64,000 nt of DNA. Origin: an uncultured Fimbriimonas sp. (GTDB lineage Bacteria; Armatimonadota; Fimbriimonadia; Fimbriimonadales; Fimbriimonadaceae). The position numbers and the translations under genes were made by a program. Under the pieces are notes generated by a model that searched no databases, was not told the DNA's origin, and worked only from the letters and a program-made list of their open reading frames with translations. Below are positions 17,770 to 27,575 of this stretch, piece after piece; position 1 is the stretch's first letter, and each line of letters starts with the position of its first letter. Location: positions 88,570 to 152,569 of the forward strand of contig CAZMJL010000003.1 of NCBI GenBank assembly GCA_964566635.1, written 5' to 3'.

Positions 17770-18752
17770 ACAGAAACGCCGTCATCAAAGGGGTTGGCCA
17801 CGCACTGCCAACCAAGGTCCTCACCAACACCGAACTGAGCGAGTTGGTCGATACCAATGACGAGTGGATCGTTCAGAGAACGGGAATCCGCGAGCGGCGC
17901 ATCTGCACCGGCGACGAAGGATGCTTCGATCTCACTCTCCAAGCCGCCCGTCAAGCGCTAGAGAATAGCGGATTGAAACCAGATGACATCCAAATGGTCA
18001 TCGTGGCCACCGTCAGCGGCGATTACGACTGGCCGACCGCCGCCTGCTACGTACAAGACCAACTCGGTATCAAAAATGCCGGTGCCTTCGACCTTGGTGC
18101 GGCGTGCGCTGGCTTCATCTACGCCGCTAGCGTCGCAACGGCAATGATCGAGAGCGGACAGATTTCAAATGCAATCGTGGTCGGCGTCGATACCCTTTCA
18201 AAGCAAGTCAACTGGAAGGATCGCTCCACCTGCATCCTTTTCGGAGATGGCGCAGGCGCAGTCATCATGGGCGCCCAAGAATCCACCACTCGAGGAATCA
18301 TCAAAACCGTCCTCCTCAGTGACGGTAGCGGTGCGCAGCACATCATGAACGAACTCGGCGGCACCAAGTATCCGCCCAAGAGCGAAGACTGGTTCGCCCG
18401 CACCTACGGCATCAGAATGAACGGCAACGAGGTCTACCGCTTCGCAATCGGAGCGATGGGCGATGCCTGCGAGCGAGTGCTTCACGATGCTGGAATGACT
18501 GCCGATCAGGTCGATCTATTCGTGCCGCACCAGGCGAATATTCGAATCATCGAATCAGCAGCCAAGCGACTAAACCTTCCTCCCGAAAAGGTTTTCATCA
18601 ACCTTGAAAAGTACGGCAATACGAGCGCCGGATCGATCCCGCTCGCCCTTTACGAGGCCGTGGAGCAAGGACGACTCAAAGAAGGAATGGTTGTCCTCAC
18701 CGTCGGGTTCGGAGCCGGACTCGTTTGGGGCGCCAACCTTATCCGCTGGTAA
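17766..18752 (+). CDS. fabH: 3-oxoacyl-ACP synthase III
   Basis: AACAGF (Cys), LFGDGAGA, PHQAN (His), GNTSAGS (Asn), GFGAG. Confidence 0.96.
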   Translation: MNRNAVIKGVGHALPTKVLTNTELSELVDTNDEWIVQRTGIRERRICTGDEGCFDLTLQAARQALENSGLKPDDIQMVIVATVSGDYDWPTAACYVQDQLGIKNAGAFDLGAACAGFIYAASVATAMIESGQISNAIVVGVDTLSKQVNWKDRSTCILFGDGAGAVIMGAQESTTRGIIKTVLLSDGSGAQHIMNELGGTKYPPKSEDWFARTYGIRMNGNEVYRFAIGAMGDACERVLHDAGMTADQVDLFVPHQANIRIIESAAKRLNLPPEKVFINLEKYGNTSAGSIPLALYEAVEQGRLKEGMVVLTVGFGAGLVWGANLIRW

Positions 18753-20048
18753 TCAACACCCTTTGACTTCGCTCAGGTGATCCGTCTCAATTCGCCTTAG
18801 CGTTGCCCCGAGACCGTGCATCGAGAAGCCCTCGGCTCTGGCAATTGCTTCGATATGCGGGATCAGCGGCTGGATTGATTCGGCCGACATTCGGCTCACT
18901 GATTGGAACTTGAAAAAGTCCATGACGTTGACCGGGCTCTGGAATCGACCCGCGCGCGCCGTCGGGAGCGTATGGCTCGGCCCGAGCATATAGTCTCCAG
19001 CGCTCTCTGGAGTCCATTCACCCATCAAAATGCACCCCGCCGTCGTCAAAAACGGAACGAGTGCCTCTGGCTCGGCGACCGCCAAAGTGAGGTGTTCCGG
19101 CGCAAGGGAGTTCGCCAGACCAACCGCCTGCGTAGCGTCGGCAACCAGCATCGCATGGCTCGATTCGTATGCCTTTCGAATGCCCTCCGGGTCTTTCGCC
19201 AAAGGAATCAACTCCTCGCATTGCCCCAAGATCTCGTCAATCTTCGCCTTCGACCAACTGATGAGGTAGGCGAGGTTATCTGGCGCGTGCTCGATCTGAG
19301 TCAGCAGATCAACTGCCGCGAACTTGGCATCCGCGTGCTCGTCGGCAATGACGCAGACTTCGGACGACCCCGCATAACCATCAAAACCGCAGATTCCAAA
19401 AAGCTGTTTCTTCGCCTCATTGACGTACCGGTTTCCCGGACCAACGATCTTATCGACACTCTCAACGAGCGCCATTCCCGCAATCGCCGCCGCACCGCCC
19501 ACCTTCATCGCCCGGCGAATCCCGATCTCTCGCATCGCCACCAGTACCGCCGCTGGTAGCTTTCCATCTGCCCGGGCCGGAGTTGCTATCACCACGTCAT
19601 CGACACCCGCCACCAGTGCCGGAACCGCGTTCATAATCACCGAGCTTGGGTAAGCCGCCCGCCCTCCAGGCACATAAACCCCGACCTTGCGCATTCGCAC
19701 CAGCCGCTGCCCAATCCCTTCGTGACTCCAAGCGAGACCTTCGTCAAGACCCGCCGTCATCGCATCCAACTGCCGCTGATGAAAGTCGCGCACACGCGAG
19801 TGAGCGATTTGAACGGCTTCAAGAACATCTTCAGAAACCGATGCTTCCTTGATCTCATGCTCGGTGACCCAAATTGAGTCCAAGTTCGGCGAGTCAAACT
19901 TCCTCGCCGAATCCAGCAACGCTTCCTCACCACGCTCATTCACGTCGGCAAGAATCTCGGCGACGATGCCCTCTACCGCCTCATCCTTCCTCAGGGTCGA
20001 CCGGGAGTAGTAGTAGTGATATCGTGGCGGAAGTTCTTTGATCTGCAT
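18753..20048 (-). CDS. hisD: Histidinol dehydrogenase
   Basis: VGVYVPGG, IVGPGNRYV, AGSSEV, DLLTQIEH, APEHL, GDY..GPSHTLPT. Confidence 0.95.
   Translation of the reverse strand: MQIKELPPRYHYYYSRSTLRKDEAVEGIVAEILADVNERGEEALLDSARKFDSPNLDSIWVTEHEIKEASVSEDVLEAVQIAHSRVRDFHQRQLDAMTAGLDEGLAWSHEGIGQRLVRMRKVGVYVPGGRAAYPSSVIMNAVPALVAGVDDVVIATPARADGKLPAAVLVAMREIGIRRAMKVGGAAAIAGMALVESVDKIVGPGNRYVNEAKKQLFGICGFDGYAGSSEVCVIADEHADAKFAAVDLLTQIEHAPDNLAYLISWSKAKIDEILGQCEELIPLAKDPEGIRKAYESSHAMLVADATQAVGLANSLAPEHLTLAVAEPEALVPFLTTAGCILMGEWTPESAGDYMLGPSHTLPTARAGRFQSPVNVMDFFKFQSVSRMSAESIQPLIPHIEAIARAEGFSMHGLGATLRRIETDHLSEVKGC
18759..18777 (-). repeat. Possible REP-like half-site (CCTGAGCGAAGTCAAAGGG) at the fabH/hisD junction
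   Basis: Resembles from memory the CCTGAGCG-AG-CGAAGG interspersed repeat family; single copy here. Confidence 0.3.
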
Positions 20049-21604
20049 CAGTTCAACATTGCCAAGGCGCGCTCGGCTCGCCGGGCAATCCGGTCCGGAC
20101 CAAGTACCGCCATCAGCTCAAAAAGCCCAGGCCCTGCCGTCTTTCCGGTAAGCGCAACCCGGGTCGGATGCACGATCGGACCAAGCTTTTCGATCCCATT
20201 CGCCTCCTGAAACGCCACCAGCGATGCCTTATGCTCATCTACGGAAAGCGGACCCGCCGAGTGCGCACTCTTCAAGTGCTCGAACAAAGCGCGGACATGC
20301 GCCTGACCAAACCACTTCTCGACCGCCTTCGGGTCCATTGCCGGCTCATCCACCAAGAAGAACTCGCACGCCTCCCCGAACTCGATCAGGTTTGTCACCC
20401 GCTCCTGCTCAAGCGTAATGCACTCCAGCGCATACGGACGGTTGGTCTCCAAAGCCTTCACCAGCTTTTCAAACTTGGCGTAAATCGCCTTCCCGTCGCG
20501 CTTTGGTTGATTCGGCAACGCCTCTTCATCCTCAAACGCATCCCAAAAAGCCTTCGTGTGCTCCTCACGGTAGAGCCCCTCGATTTCCTGGGCGACTTCC
20601 TCCGGCGTCATCGATCGAATGCGGTGACCGTTAAGCCACTTCAGCTTCTCAATATCAAACTTCCCGGGGCTCGGCTGAAGCCCAGAAAGCGAGAACGCCT
20701 CAATCAGCTCCTCTTCGGACATCGCCTCGCGGTCGTCTCCGGGGGACCAGCCGATCAGCGCGATGAAGTTCTTCAGCGCCGACTTCAGGTAGCCCTGCGC
20801 CATGTAGTCCAGAACACGAGTCGCGCCATGCCGCTTCGAAAGCTTCTTGCCATCGGCCCCAACGATGACCGGACAGTGAACGAAAATCGGCGGCTCCCAA
20901 CCAAACGCCTCAAAAATTAGCCAGTGAATAGGTGAAGTCGAAATCCACTCTTCGCCGCGCAGAATGTGGGTGATCCCCATCAAATGGTCGTCGACCATCG
21001 CCGCGAAATGGTACGTCGGCATTCCGTCACCCTTGATCAGCACCGGATCGGGCAGCGTGTTCGAATCGAATTCAACGCGTCCGCGAATCAGATCTTGAAC
21101 CACGATCTTGCGGTCGCGAGGCACCTTCAGGCGAATCACGTAGGGCTTACCCTCGGCGATCGCTGCTTCAACCTTTTCGGGATCAGCATCGCGCCAATCG
21201 CCGCCAAAGTAGCCAATCTGCACCTTGTTGATCTGCTGATACTCGCGCATCTGCTCGATCTCCTCGGCAGTATCAAATGCCTTGTACGCGTGTCCCGCCG
21301 CCTCGAGTTGCGCGATCTTCTCTGCATAGATGCCCTTGGCCTGACGCTCCGACTGTCGGTATGGCTCATGTGGTCCGCCAGGAATATGGGGTCCCTCGTC
21401 AAACTCAATTCCGACCCATCGAAGCGTCTCGACAAATTCGTGCTCGCTTTCTGGGTTGTAGCGGCTCCGGTCGGTATCTTCGATTCGCAAGATGCACTGC
21501 CCACCGAGCTTCTTGGCAAGCAAATAGTCATACAACACCGTGCGCAATGCGCCGACGTGCAATAGCCCAGTTGGGCTTGGCGCGAATCGAACTCGAACTG
21601 ACAT
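20048..21604 (-). CDS. gltX: Glutamate--tRNA ligase
   Basis: RFAPSPTG, HVGA (HIGH), LRIEDTD, THILRGEEW, KLSKR (KMSKS). Confidence 0.96.
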   Translation of the reverse strand: MSVRVRFAPSPTGLLHVGALRTVLYDYLLAKKLGGQCILRIEDTDRSRYNPESEHEFVETLRWVGIEFDEGPHIPGGPHEPYRQSERQAKGIYAEKIAQLEAAGHAYKAFDTAEEIEQMREYQQINKVQIGYFGGDWRDADPEKVEAAIAEGKPYVIRLKVPRDRKIVVQDLIRGRVEFDSNTLPDPVLIKGDGMPTYHFAAMVDDHLMGITHILRGEEWISTSPIHWLIFEAFGWEPPIFVHCPVIVGADGKKLSKRHGATRVLDYMAQGYLKSALKNFIALIGWSPGDDREAMSEEELIEAFSLSGLQPSPGKFDIEKLKWLNGHRIRSMTPEEVAQEIEGLYREEHTKAFWDAFEDEEALPNQPKRDGKAIYAKFEKLVKALETNRPYALECITLEQERVTNLIEFGEACEFFLVDEPAMDPKAVEKWFGQAHVRALFEHLKSAHSAGPLSVDEHKASLVAFQEANGIEKLGPIVHPTRVALTGKTAGPGLFELMAVLGPDRIARRAERALAMLN

Positions 21605-21689
21605 CTACCCTATAGGGTACCGGACTGGAACTTGACAGCGAACTCCTGTCCGCACTCACTATTGAGTCGTATCGTTCAACTTATAATGC

Positions 21690-22667
21690 ATGGGAATGCT
21701 CCTCGCCACTCTCTTCCTCCTCCAGCCGCGTCCGCTCCTCCTCGCGCATGTCATGCCCTGGTTCGAGAAGGATGGGTGGCATTGGAAGATGAACGCCCCA
21801 TTGTCGCCCGGGCGAGTCGCTTCGCACTTCACTCCCCTCGACGGCGCGTATGACTCCCTCGACAAAGCGGTCGTCGAACGGCAAGTTCAGCTGATGAAGG
21901 TGGCAGGCTTTGACGGCATCATCGCCGATTGGTACGGCACCCACAATTGGTACGACTATCCTGGCATCCATAAACGCACGGAGCTACTCTTCGAACTCGC
22001 CGAGCGAGCCGGACTCAAGATCTGCGCGATGTACGAAGACCAAACGGTCAAAAATGCGATCAAGGGCGGACTTGCAAAGTCAGAGGATGAACTGAAATAC
22101 GCGCAAGCCGATGGTGCAGGACTCGCCAAATGGGTCAGCCGCGAGAGCTGGTTGAAACTCAGGAACAAAAAAGTCGTGTTCGTTTTCGGTCCCCAACACT
22201 TCCGAACCGAGCATTGGAGGAGGTTTCTCGCCGCTGCCGGCTCGCCGACCCTCATCAGCGAGCACAAACAAGTCGAAGCCGCGGGCGGCGCGTTCGACTG
22301 GCCCGTCCCGAGCGAAGGAATCGCATTCACCGAAAGGTATCCGGACCGGGCAAAAAATTGGTCGATCAAGGTCGCCTGCGCATATCCCAGATTCAAGGAT
22401 TATTACAAAGCAGGCGGCGTGAGCGAGGGTTATGGCGAGCTTCCCGACGACAACGGCAACACCTATCGCAAAACCCTCAAGCTCGCCCTCGAGTCAGGTT
22501 CCGACGCAGTCCAAATCGTCACCTGGAACGATTGGGGTGAAGGCACTCAGATCGAACCCTTAAAGGAGATCGGCCTTCGCGACCTGATCGAGACCCAGCG
22601 CGCGCGCCGCCGAATCGATCCGACCTTCCGATTTACCGAGCAAGATCTTAAGGCGATCCGAAATTAG
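21690..22667 (+). CDS. Glycoside hydrolase, GH71/GH99-like
   Basis: AHVMPWF, GAYDS.D, AGFDGIIADWYG, QIVTWNDWGEGTQIEP. Confidence 0.8.
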   Translation: MGMLLATLFLLQPRPLLLAHVMPWFEKDGWHWKMNAPLSPGRVASHFTPLDGAYDSLDKAVVERQVQLMKVAGFDGIIADWYGTHNWYDYPGIHKRTELLFELAERAGLKICAMYEDQTVKNAIKGGLAKSEDELKYAQADGAGLAKWVSRESWLKLRNKKVVFVFGPQHFRTEHWRRFLAAAGSPTLISEHKQVEAAGGAFDWPVPSEGIAFTERYPDRAKNWSIKVACAYPRFKDYYKAGGVSEGYGELPDDNGNTYRKTLKLALESGSDAVQIVTWNDWGEGTQIEPLKEIGLRDLIETQRARRRIDPTFRFTEQDLKAIRN

Positions 22668-23737
22668 ACTCGCCACAATTGGTCGAGAAGCGTCAATTGC
22701 TCCTCGGTGCCAATCGTAATTCGTATACACGAGTCAAGCGGAGCCGCTCCCGGCTTGCGCACGAACACGCCATTCGCCAACAACCGCTCCATTTCCTCGG
22801 TCGCTCGCTCAACCGAGCCGCAATCAATTGTCACAAAGTTCGTCCAGCTCGGGAGTGGCTCAAAGCCTCGCTCCTTTGCCATCTTGCTCAGGATTTCGCG
22901 CCCGAGAGATGTCTGCTCACGAACCTCCAGCAACCACTGCTGATCCTCAAATGCCGCCGTTGCCGCCGCCTGAGCAACCGAATTGACCCCGAATTGAACC
23001 CGAAGCTTGCTCATGGCTTGAATTGTTGCCTCGCTCGAAACCGCCCATCCAAACCGCAGCCCCGCGAGGCCATAAATCTTGCTCAGCGTTCCGAGTTGAA
23101 CCACGTTTTCCGTCTCAGAGTTGAACGACGGCAAGTTCTCCGCATCGGCGAACTCCTGATACGCGCAGTCGAGCAACAGCACCGTCTCCTGAGGCAGATT
23201 GGCGGCAAATTCTTCGATCAGCTCTCCCGAGTGAAACCATCCCGAAGGGTTGTCTGGGTTCGCCAAATAGACGATTTTCGCCCCGGTCGCGGCCTCAAGC
23301 AGACCGTCCAAATCCGGTTTTCGATCACGATAGGGGACCGCGATCACCTCGGCTCCCGCACTTCTCGCCGCCAAAGCAAACGTCGGATAACTCCCCAGAG
23401 TCGTCACCGCCCTCTCACCCGGATTCAAGAACGCCCGACAAGCCAGATAAAGCAGATCGTCGATGCCACTTCCTAGCACACACCGTTCGGGGGCTGGCTC
23501 GAAGCAAAACTGCTCACTCGCAATCGCCCGCAAGTCCCGCGCCTCCGGGTCTCCGTAGTTTTGCACTCGCTCGAGTGCCTCTTGCATTGCCTCCACGACC
23601 AGCGGTGACGGTCCAAATGGACTCTCATTGGCCCCCAATCGAAGCACAAAGGGTCGTCCCAATTGCCGCTCAAGCTCCTCGGGAGCAACAAATGGCACCG
23701 TAAATGGCAGGGCCTCCGAGATTGCCGAATATCGCAT
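22664..23737 (-). CDS. hisC: Histidinol-phosphate aminotransferase family (PLP class I/II)
   Basis: LGANESPFG, YGDP, NPDNPSG, LLDCAY, TLSKIYGLAGLR. Confidence 0.85.
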   Translation of the reverse strand: MRYSAISEALPFTVPFVAPEELERQLGRPFVLRLGANESPFGPSPLVVEAMQEALERVQNYGDPEARDLRAIASEQFCFEPAPERCVLGSGIDDLLYLACRAFLNPGERAVTTLGSYPTFALAARSAGAEVIAVPYRDRKPDLDGLLEAATGAKIVYLANPDNPSGWFHSGELIEEFAANLPQETVLLLDCAYQEFADAENLPSFNSETENVVQLGTLSKIYGLAGLRFGWAVSSEATIQAMSKLRVQFGVNSVAQAAATAAFEDQQWLLEVREQTSLGREILSKMAKERGFEPLPSWTNFVTIDCGSVERATEEMERLLANGVFVRKPGAAPLDSCIRITIGTEEQLTLLDQLWRV

Positions 23738-23761
23738 AAACCTTCTCAGTTTGATCTAATC

Positions 23762-23798
23762 AATAACAAAACACCCCCGGCACAAAGGCGCGGGGGTG
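23762..23798 (-). terminator. Intrinsic terminator after the DM13 genes
   Basis: Minus strand CACCCCCG-loop-CGGGGGTG followed by TTTTGTTATT. Confidence 0.7.
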
Positions 23799-23817
23799 CT
23801 CAATGGTTTGGTAAGTC

Positions 23818-24255
23818 TTACTTCAGGTCAATCGGCTTGGCGAACTTTGCCTCGCCAAGGTTCACTTCTGCGAACGAGCACCAGATTTGAACGCTCTTCA
23901 CACTCTTGATGTACTTCGGAAGGGTCACTTCGAGGTTGGTCTTGTCGCCGGCAATCGTGATGCGCTTGAGCAAGAATGCGTTCCCGTCCTTGTCGATCAC
24001 TTGGAAGTGGGGCGATGGGCTCTTGGGCACCGAGAAGTCCTTGCTGAGGCGAAGCACGTTCTTGCCCATTTCCTTGCTAAGAGTGACGGTTCCGCCGTTG
24101 ACCTCAATCCCCATGAACTTTCCAGAGGTCGCTCCCATCATCTTCTCCATCTTCATGGAATCTTGGTGATGAGTTGCGAAGGCCGAGGCAGGCAGAGCGC
24201 TTACCGAAGTAATTACAATAGCGGCGACGAGGTTGATGAGAGTAGTTGTTTTCAT
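23818..24255 (-). CDS. Secreted single-DM13-domain protein
   Basis: Signal peptide; SVQIWCSFAEVNLGEA terminal DM13 motif. Confidence 0.7.
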   Translation of the reverse strand: MKTTTLINLVAAIVITSVSALPASAFATHHQDSMKMEKMMGATSGKFMGIEVNGGTVTLSKEMGKNVLRLSKDFSVPKSPSPHFQVIDKDGNAFLLKRITIAGDKTNLEVTLPKYIKSVKSVQIWCSFAEVNLGEAKFAKPIDLK

Positions 24256-24279
24256 TTGTTTGTTCCTTGTGGTTTGTTC

Positions 24280-25176
24280 TTAAACTTGTTGTGAGAGCTT
24301 AGGCGCGCGCTCTTGATCCGATCGGAGCTTGGCAAAGGCTATGCTTTTGTTTGCTTTGCTGTCCCAGAGACTCACGCTTCGATAGAGCCAAATATCGAGC
24401 TCTTTACTGATCGGAATCATTGCGCTTCCCGAGGGGGAGAGATCACCAAGGTCGACCTTAGTAGCGGCTTTAATCTTTTCGTCACTGCTCTTCGATTTGA
24501 GCTTCAAGAGGAGCACTTTAAGGCCCGTCACTTTCGCCTTGACGCCCTTGAGTTTCAAGAATCGCTTACCGCTCGATTCAATGATTGCGGCGGAACCTTT
24601 TGCTCCCGAGAATGCTCCACTCGTCACCGTGATGTCTGCGCCAAAAGCGGCATTCAAGGCATGCGGCGAGAGGCTAAGATGGTCCGAGTTAACTCGATAA
24701 GAGGTCTTCTTGGTCAGGCTCGCGCCGCCGAAGTCAACTCCAAAGCGCTTGCACCAGATGGCTACCGATCCGTATTGCGAGAGGTCCGTTCCCTCTGGCA
24801 CAGCGTAGTTTTGGTTGCCTTGATTCCCCTTGATGACCCCAAGGTCGAGGAAGCCAGCCTTCGAAACGCTCCCCTGGTCAGGGTTATCTCCCTTCACTAG
24901 GTAGACGTGGACATCTGGTCCGTTAGACGTCTCAAAATCCTTGAGGCTAAGAACAGCCTTTCCGTCAACCAAGTTGATAAGAGCAGTTCCCTTTGTCTCG
25001 TGAGCATAAGATTCAAAAGAGCCCTCACTAATTAACTTAGTCGAAGCCGAATTGTTAGCGGGAATCGTTTCATTAACCTTCTCGCTAATGAATAGTTTCT
25101 CGGGTCGAAAGGCAAGCCATCCACCGATGAGGAGCGGAACGCTTGCTGCGATTGTGATGCGTTTGTAGTTGAGCAC
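24280..25176 (-). CDS. Tandem two-DM13-domain protein with membrane anchor
   Basis: HETKG, FETSNGPDVHVYL, LG.IKGN.GNQNY, SVAIWCKRFGVDFG; second degenerate copy with YRSVSLWD; GTG start. Confidence 0.85.
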   Translation of the reverse strand: MLNYKRITIAASVPLLIGGWLAFRPEKLFISEKVNETIPANNSASTKLISEGSFESYAHETKGTALINLVDGKAVLSLKDFETSNGPDVHVYLVKGDNPDQGSVSKAGFLDLGVIKGNQGNQNYAVPEGTDLSQYGSVAIWCKRFGVDFGGASLTKKTSYRVNSDHLSLSPHALNAAFGADITVTSGAFSGAKGSAAIIESSGKRFLKLKGVKAKVTGLKVLLLKLKSKSSDEKIKAATKVDLGDLSPSGSAMIPISKELDIWLYRSVSLWDSKANKSIAFAKLRSDQERAPKLSQQV

Positions 25177-25183
25177 ATAGGGC

Positions 25184-25212
25184 TAATGGAACCACGAAAA
25201 GTGGTTCCATTA
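25184..25212. promoter_or_regulatory. Perfect 12-bp inverted repeat upstream of the DM13 operon
   Basis: TAATGGAACCAC-GAAAA-GTGGTTCCATTA; no U-tract on either side. Confidence 0.5.
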
Positions 25213-25230
25213 AAATCCTAAACCAAGCGA

Positions 25231-25716
25231 TTATTGCTTGTTCCAAACTGTCGCAGACTCTTCAACATCCTTCGCCAGCTTCTCGATCCGACTCTTCATG
25301 ATCGCAGGAGTCACCGCTCGGTTTTCGATAGGCATTGCCATCATCAAAGTCTCTTTTGCGGTGAGATAAACCTGCGTGGGTTGGGTCTTCGCCCAAAGCT
25401 TCATCAGCTCCTTTGTGTCCTGCGACGCCTTAAGTGGCCCGAGCGAAACCGTTAACCAGACATACGATTTACTCGGTGAAAGTTCTAGCCCGATCGGCAC
25501 GTTAAAGCCCGTTGTTTTGACATCAAATTGCCACTTCTCCTTGCCCGCCTCGGTGTTCAATGCCTTCAGCTCGTGGCCCAAATTGGCCGCCATGGCTCGA
25601 ACTCCCTCCGCATCCAACGCGCTCGCATCCGACCCCTGTTCTCGACCAAATCCCGCGAGGGCTATGGCGGCGGCAATTCCCGCGAGAGCAAAAACAGGTC
25701 GAAAAGTGCGATTCAT
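25231..25716 (-). CDS. Secreted hypothetical protein
   Basis: Signal peptide MNRTFRPVFALAGIAAAIALA; compact alpha/beta domain. Confidence 0.7.
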   Translation of the reverse strand: MNRTFRPVFALAGIAAAIALAGFGREQGSDASALDAEGVRAMAANLGHELKALNTEAGKEKWQFDVKTTGFNVPIGLELSPSKSYVWLTVSLGPLKASQDTKELMKLWAKTQPTQVYLTAKETLMMAMPIENRAVTPAIMKSRIEKLAKDVEESATVWNKQ

Positions 25717-25792
25717 GCGAGTAAAGACGATTCGGACTGCAAATCGTTTCCGGAGGAGCCGTTTCCAAGCAAAGGGTTAAAATGAGAATCAA

Positions 25793-26686
25793 ATGAGTCT
25801 CACCCTGCTCACCGCCGCCGTCGCGCTGGCCGCCAAACCCGTCCTTCAATCCGAATTCTTGTACAACGGCGTCGATCGTCCATTCCCCATCGAAATCGAC
25901 GCACGCGGCAAGCTCACGCTGCAACTCATCGAACCCGCAACCGGAAACGTCCTCGAAGAGGCTCCGGTCAAACGAGGCAAAGCCGATCTTGGCAAGACCC
26001 TCCCCAGCCTGTTCAAGCAAAAGCGCAAAGCGGTCCTGTTCGCCCAGCTCACTGCAGACGGAAAGCCAAAAGGAGACGCCCTCGTCCTCCAACCGATGAC
26101 CAATCCGCCCGTCGCAACCCTCGATACCACCACCAAAAATCCCAAATGGGAGCCCGACGAGGACAACATCTACGCCGGAGTGAGGGTCTGGCGCAACCAA
26201 AACGTAATCCTCGAGACCACCGAAGGCAATATCGAACTCAAAATGCGACCGGACGTCGCGCCAAATACCGTCTTTAATTTCGTCCAGTTGGTCGGCGGCG
26301 GTTACTACCGAGACGTGATTTTCCATCGAATCGTCCAAAAGGGACGCAACGGCGGGCAGTTCGTCGCCCAAGGCGGAGACCCGACCGGCACCGGAATGGG
26401 CTCCCCAGGCTACAGTATTGTGCTCGAACAATCCTCCCTGAAGCACGACTTTGGCATCGTTGGGATGGCGCGCTCGACCGACCCCAATACCGCCGGATCC
26501 CAGTTCTATTTCGGCCTCAGCCGAGAAGCCACCCAACACCTCGACGGTCGGTACACCACCTTCGCCGAAACCGTTTCCGGACAAGATGTGCTCAAGAAGA
26601 TCGCAAATGTTCAGATTGGGCCAAAAGACGACCGCCCCGTGACCCCGCCGGTCATCAAGCGAGCCCGATTCGCCGATCCAAAGTAG
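25793..26686 (+). CDS. Cyclophilin-type peptidyl-prolyl isomerase, exported
   Basis: APNTV.NF, FHRIV, QGGDPTGTGMG, GMARS.DPNTAGSQFY, YTTF. Confidence 0.92.
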   Translation: MSLTLLTAAVALAAKPVLQSEFLYNGVDRPFPIEIDARGKLTLQLIEPATGNVLEEAPVKRGKADLGKTLPSLFKQKRKAVLFAQLTADGKPKGDALVLQPMTNPPVATLDTTTKNPKWEPDEDNIYAGVRVWRNQNVILETTEGNIELKMRPDVAPNTVFNFVQLVGGGYYRDVIFHRIVQKGRNGGQFVAQGGDPTGTGMGSPGYSIVLEQSSLKHDFGIVGMARSTDPNTAGSQFYFGLSREATQHLDGRYTTFAETVSGQDVLKKIANVQIGPKDDRPVTPPVIKRARFADPK

Positions 26687-26701
26687 GTAAATTCATCCCC
26701 G

Positions 26702-27571
26702 ATGCTCACTACGCGCACCGGGGGATTCCCGATCGGATTTCGTCAAGGCTGGACCGAGTGGTTCAAGGATCTTTCCGGCATGATCGCCTTTGCCAAAAGT
26801 GAGGGCCTTGGCGTCGTCGATCTGGGAGGCGATGCGAGGCCGCACCTGTCGCAGGTGAATGGCGAAGGAATGCGCATTGGCTCGGTCGACCTCCTCGGTT
26901 GGCAGGGCTTCCTCAACGAGGATAAGGATGAGCAAAAGAAGTCACTCGACCAAAACGCCGAGTACATCGCTGAATGCTGCAAGCACGGGGCGACGAACTT
27001 CTTTGCCGTGATGCTGCCCAAAGACCCCACCAAGCCGCGCCAAGAGAATCTCGACATCCTCCTCAGCACGCTTCCGGCTCTCGCCAAAGTGCTCGACGAA
27101 AATGGCGGCAAGCTCGTCATCGAAGGGTGGCCCGGACCGGGCGCCCTCTGCTGCACGCCCGAGAGCTACCGTCAAGTGCTATCTGCAACCTCGAACTCAA
27201 TCGGAATCAACTTTGACCCCAGCCACATGATCCGAATGGGGATCGACCCCCACCGCTTCCTCGCCGAGTTCGCCGATCGGGTGTATCACGTCCACGGAAA
27301 GGACTGCTACATCGACCGCGAGGCGCTGCAAGAGTACGGCTGGGAACAACCCGCTACCAGCGCAAAAAGCCACGATTTCGGCTCCGCCGTGTGGCGCTAC
27401 ACCATCCCCGGCTACGGCGAATCCAATTGGCCGCTCATCTTCCAAACCTTGCAGGCTGCCGGCTACAAAGGCGTTGTGAGCATTGAACTCGAAGATGAAA
27501 ACTTCAACGGAACTGAAGACGGCGAGAAAAAGGGAATCCGATTAGGCTCCCAGATTCTCGCCGCCAGCTAA
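26702..27571 (+). CDS. Sugar phosphate isomerase/epimerase (xylose isomerase-like TIM barrel)
   Basis: IEGWPG, INFDPSH, HVHGKD, IPGYG, SIELED. Confidence 0.85.
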   Translation: MLTTRTGGFPIGFRQGWTEWFKDLSGMIAFAKSEGLGVVDLGGDARPHLSQVNGEGMRIGSVDLLGWQGFLNEDKDEQKKSLDQNAEYIAECCKHGATNFFAVMLPKDPTKPRQENLDILLSTLPALAKVLDENGGKLVIEGWPGPGALCCTPESYRQVLSATSNSIGINFDPSHMIRMGIDPHRFLAEFADRVYHVHGKDCYIDREALQEYGWEQPATSAKSHDFGSAVWRYTIPGYGESNWPLIFQTLQAAGYKGVVSIELEDENFNGTEDGEKKGIRLGSQILAAS

Positions 27572-27575
27572 TCGC

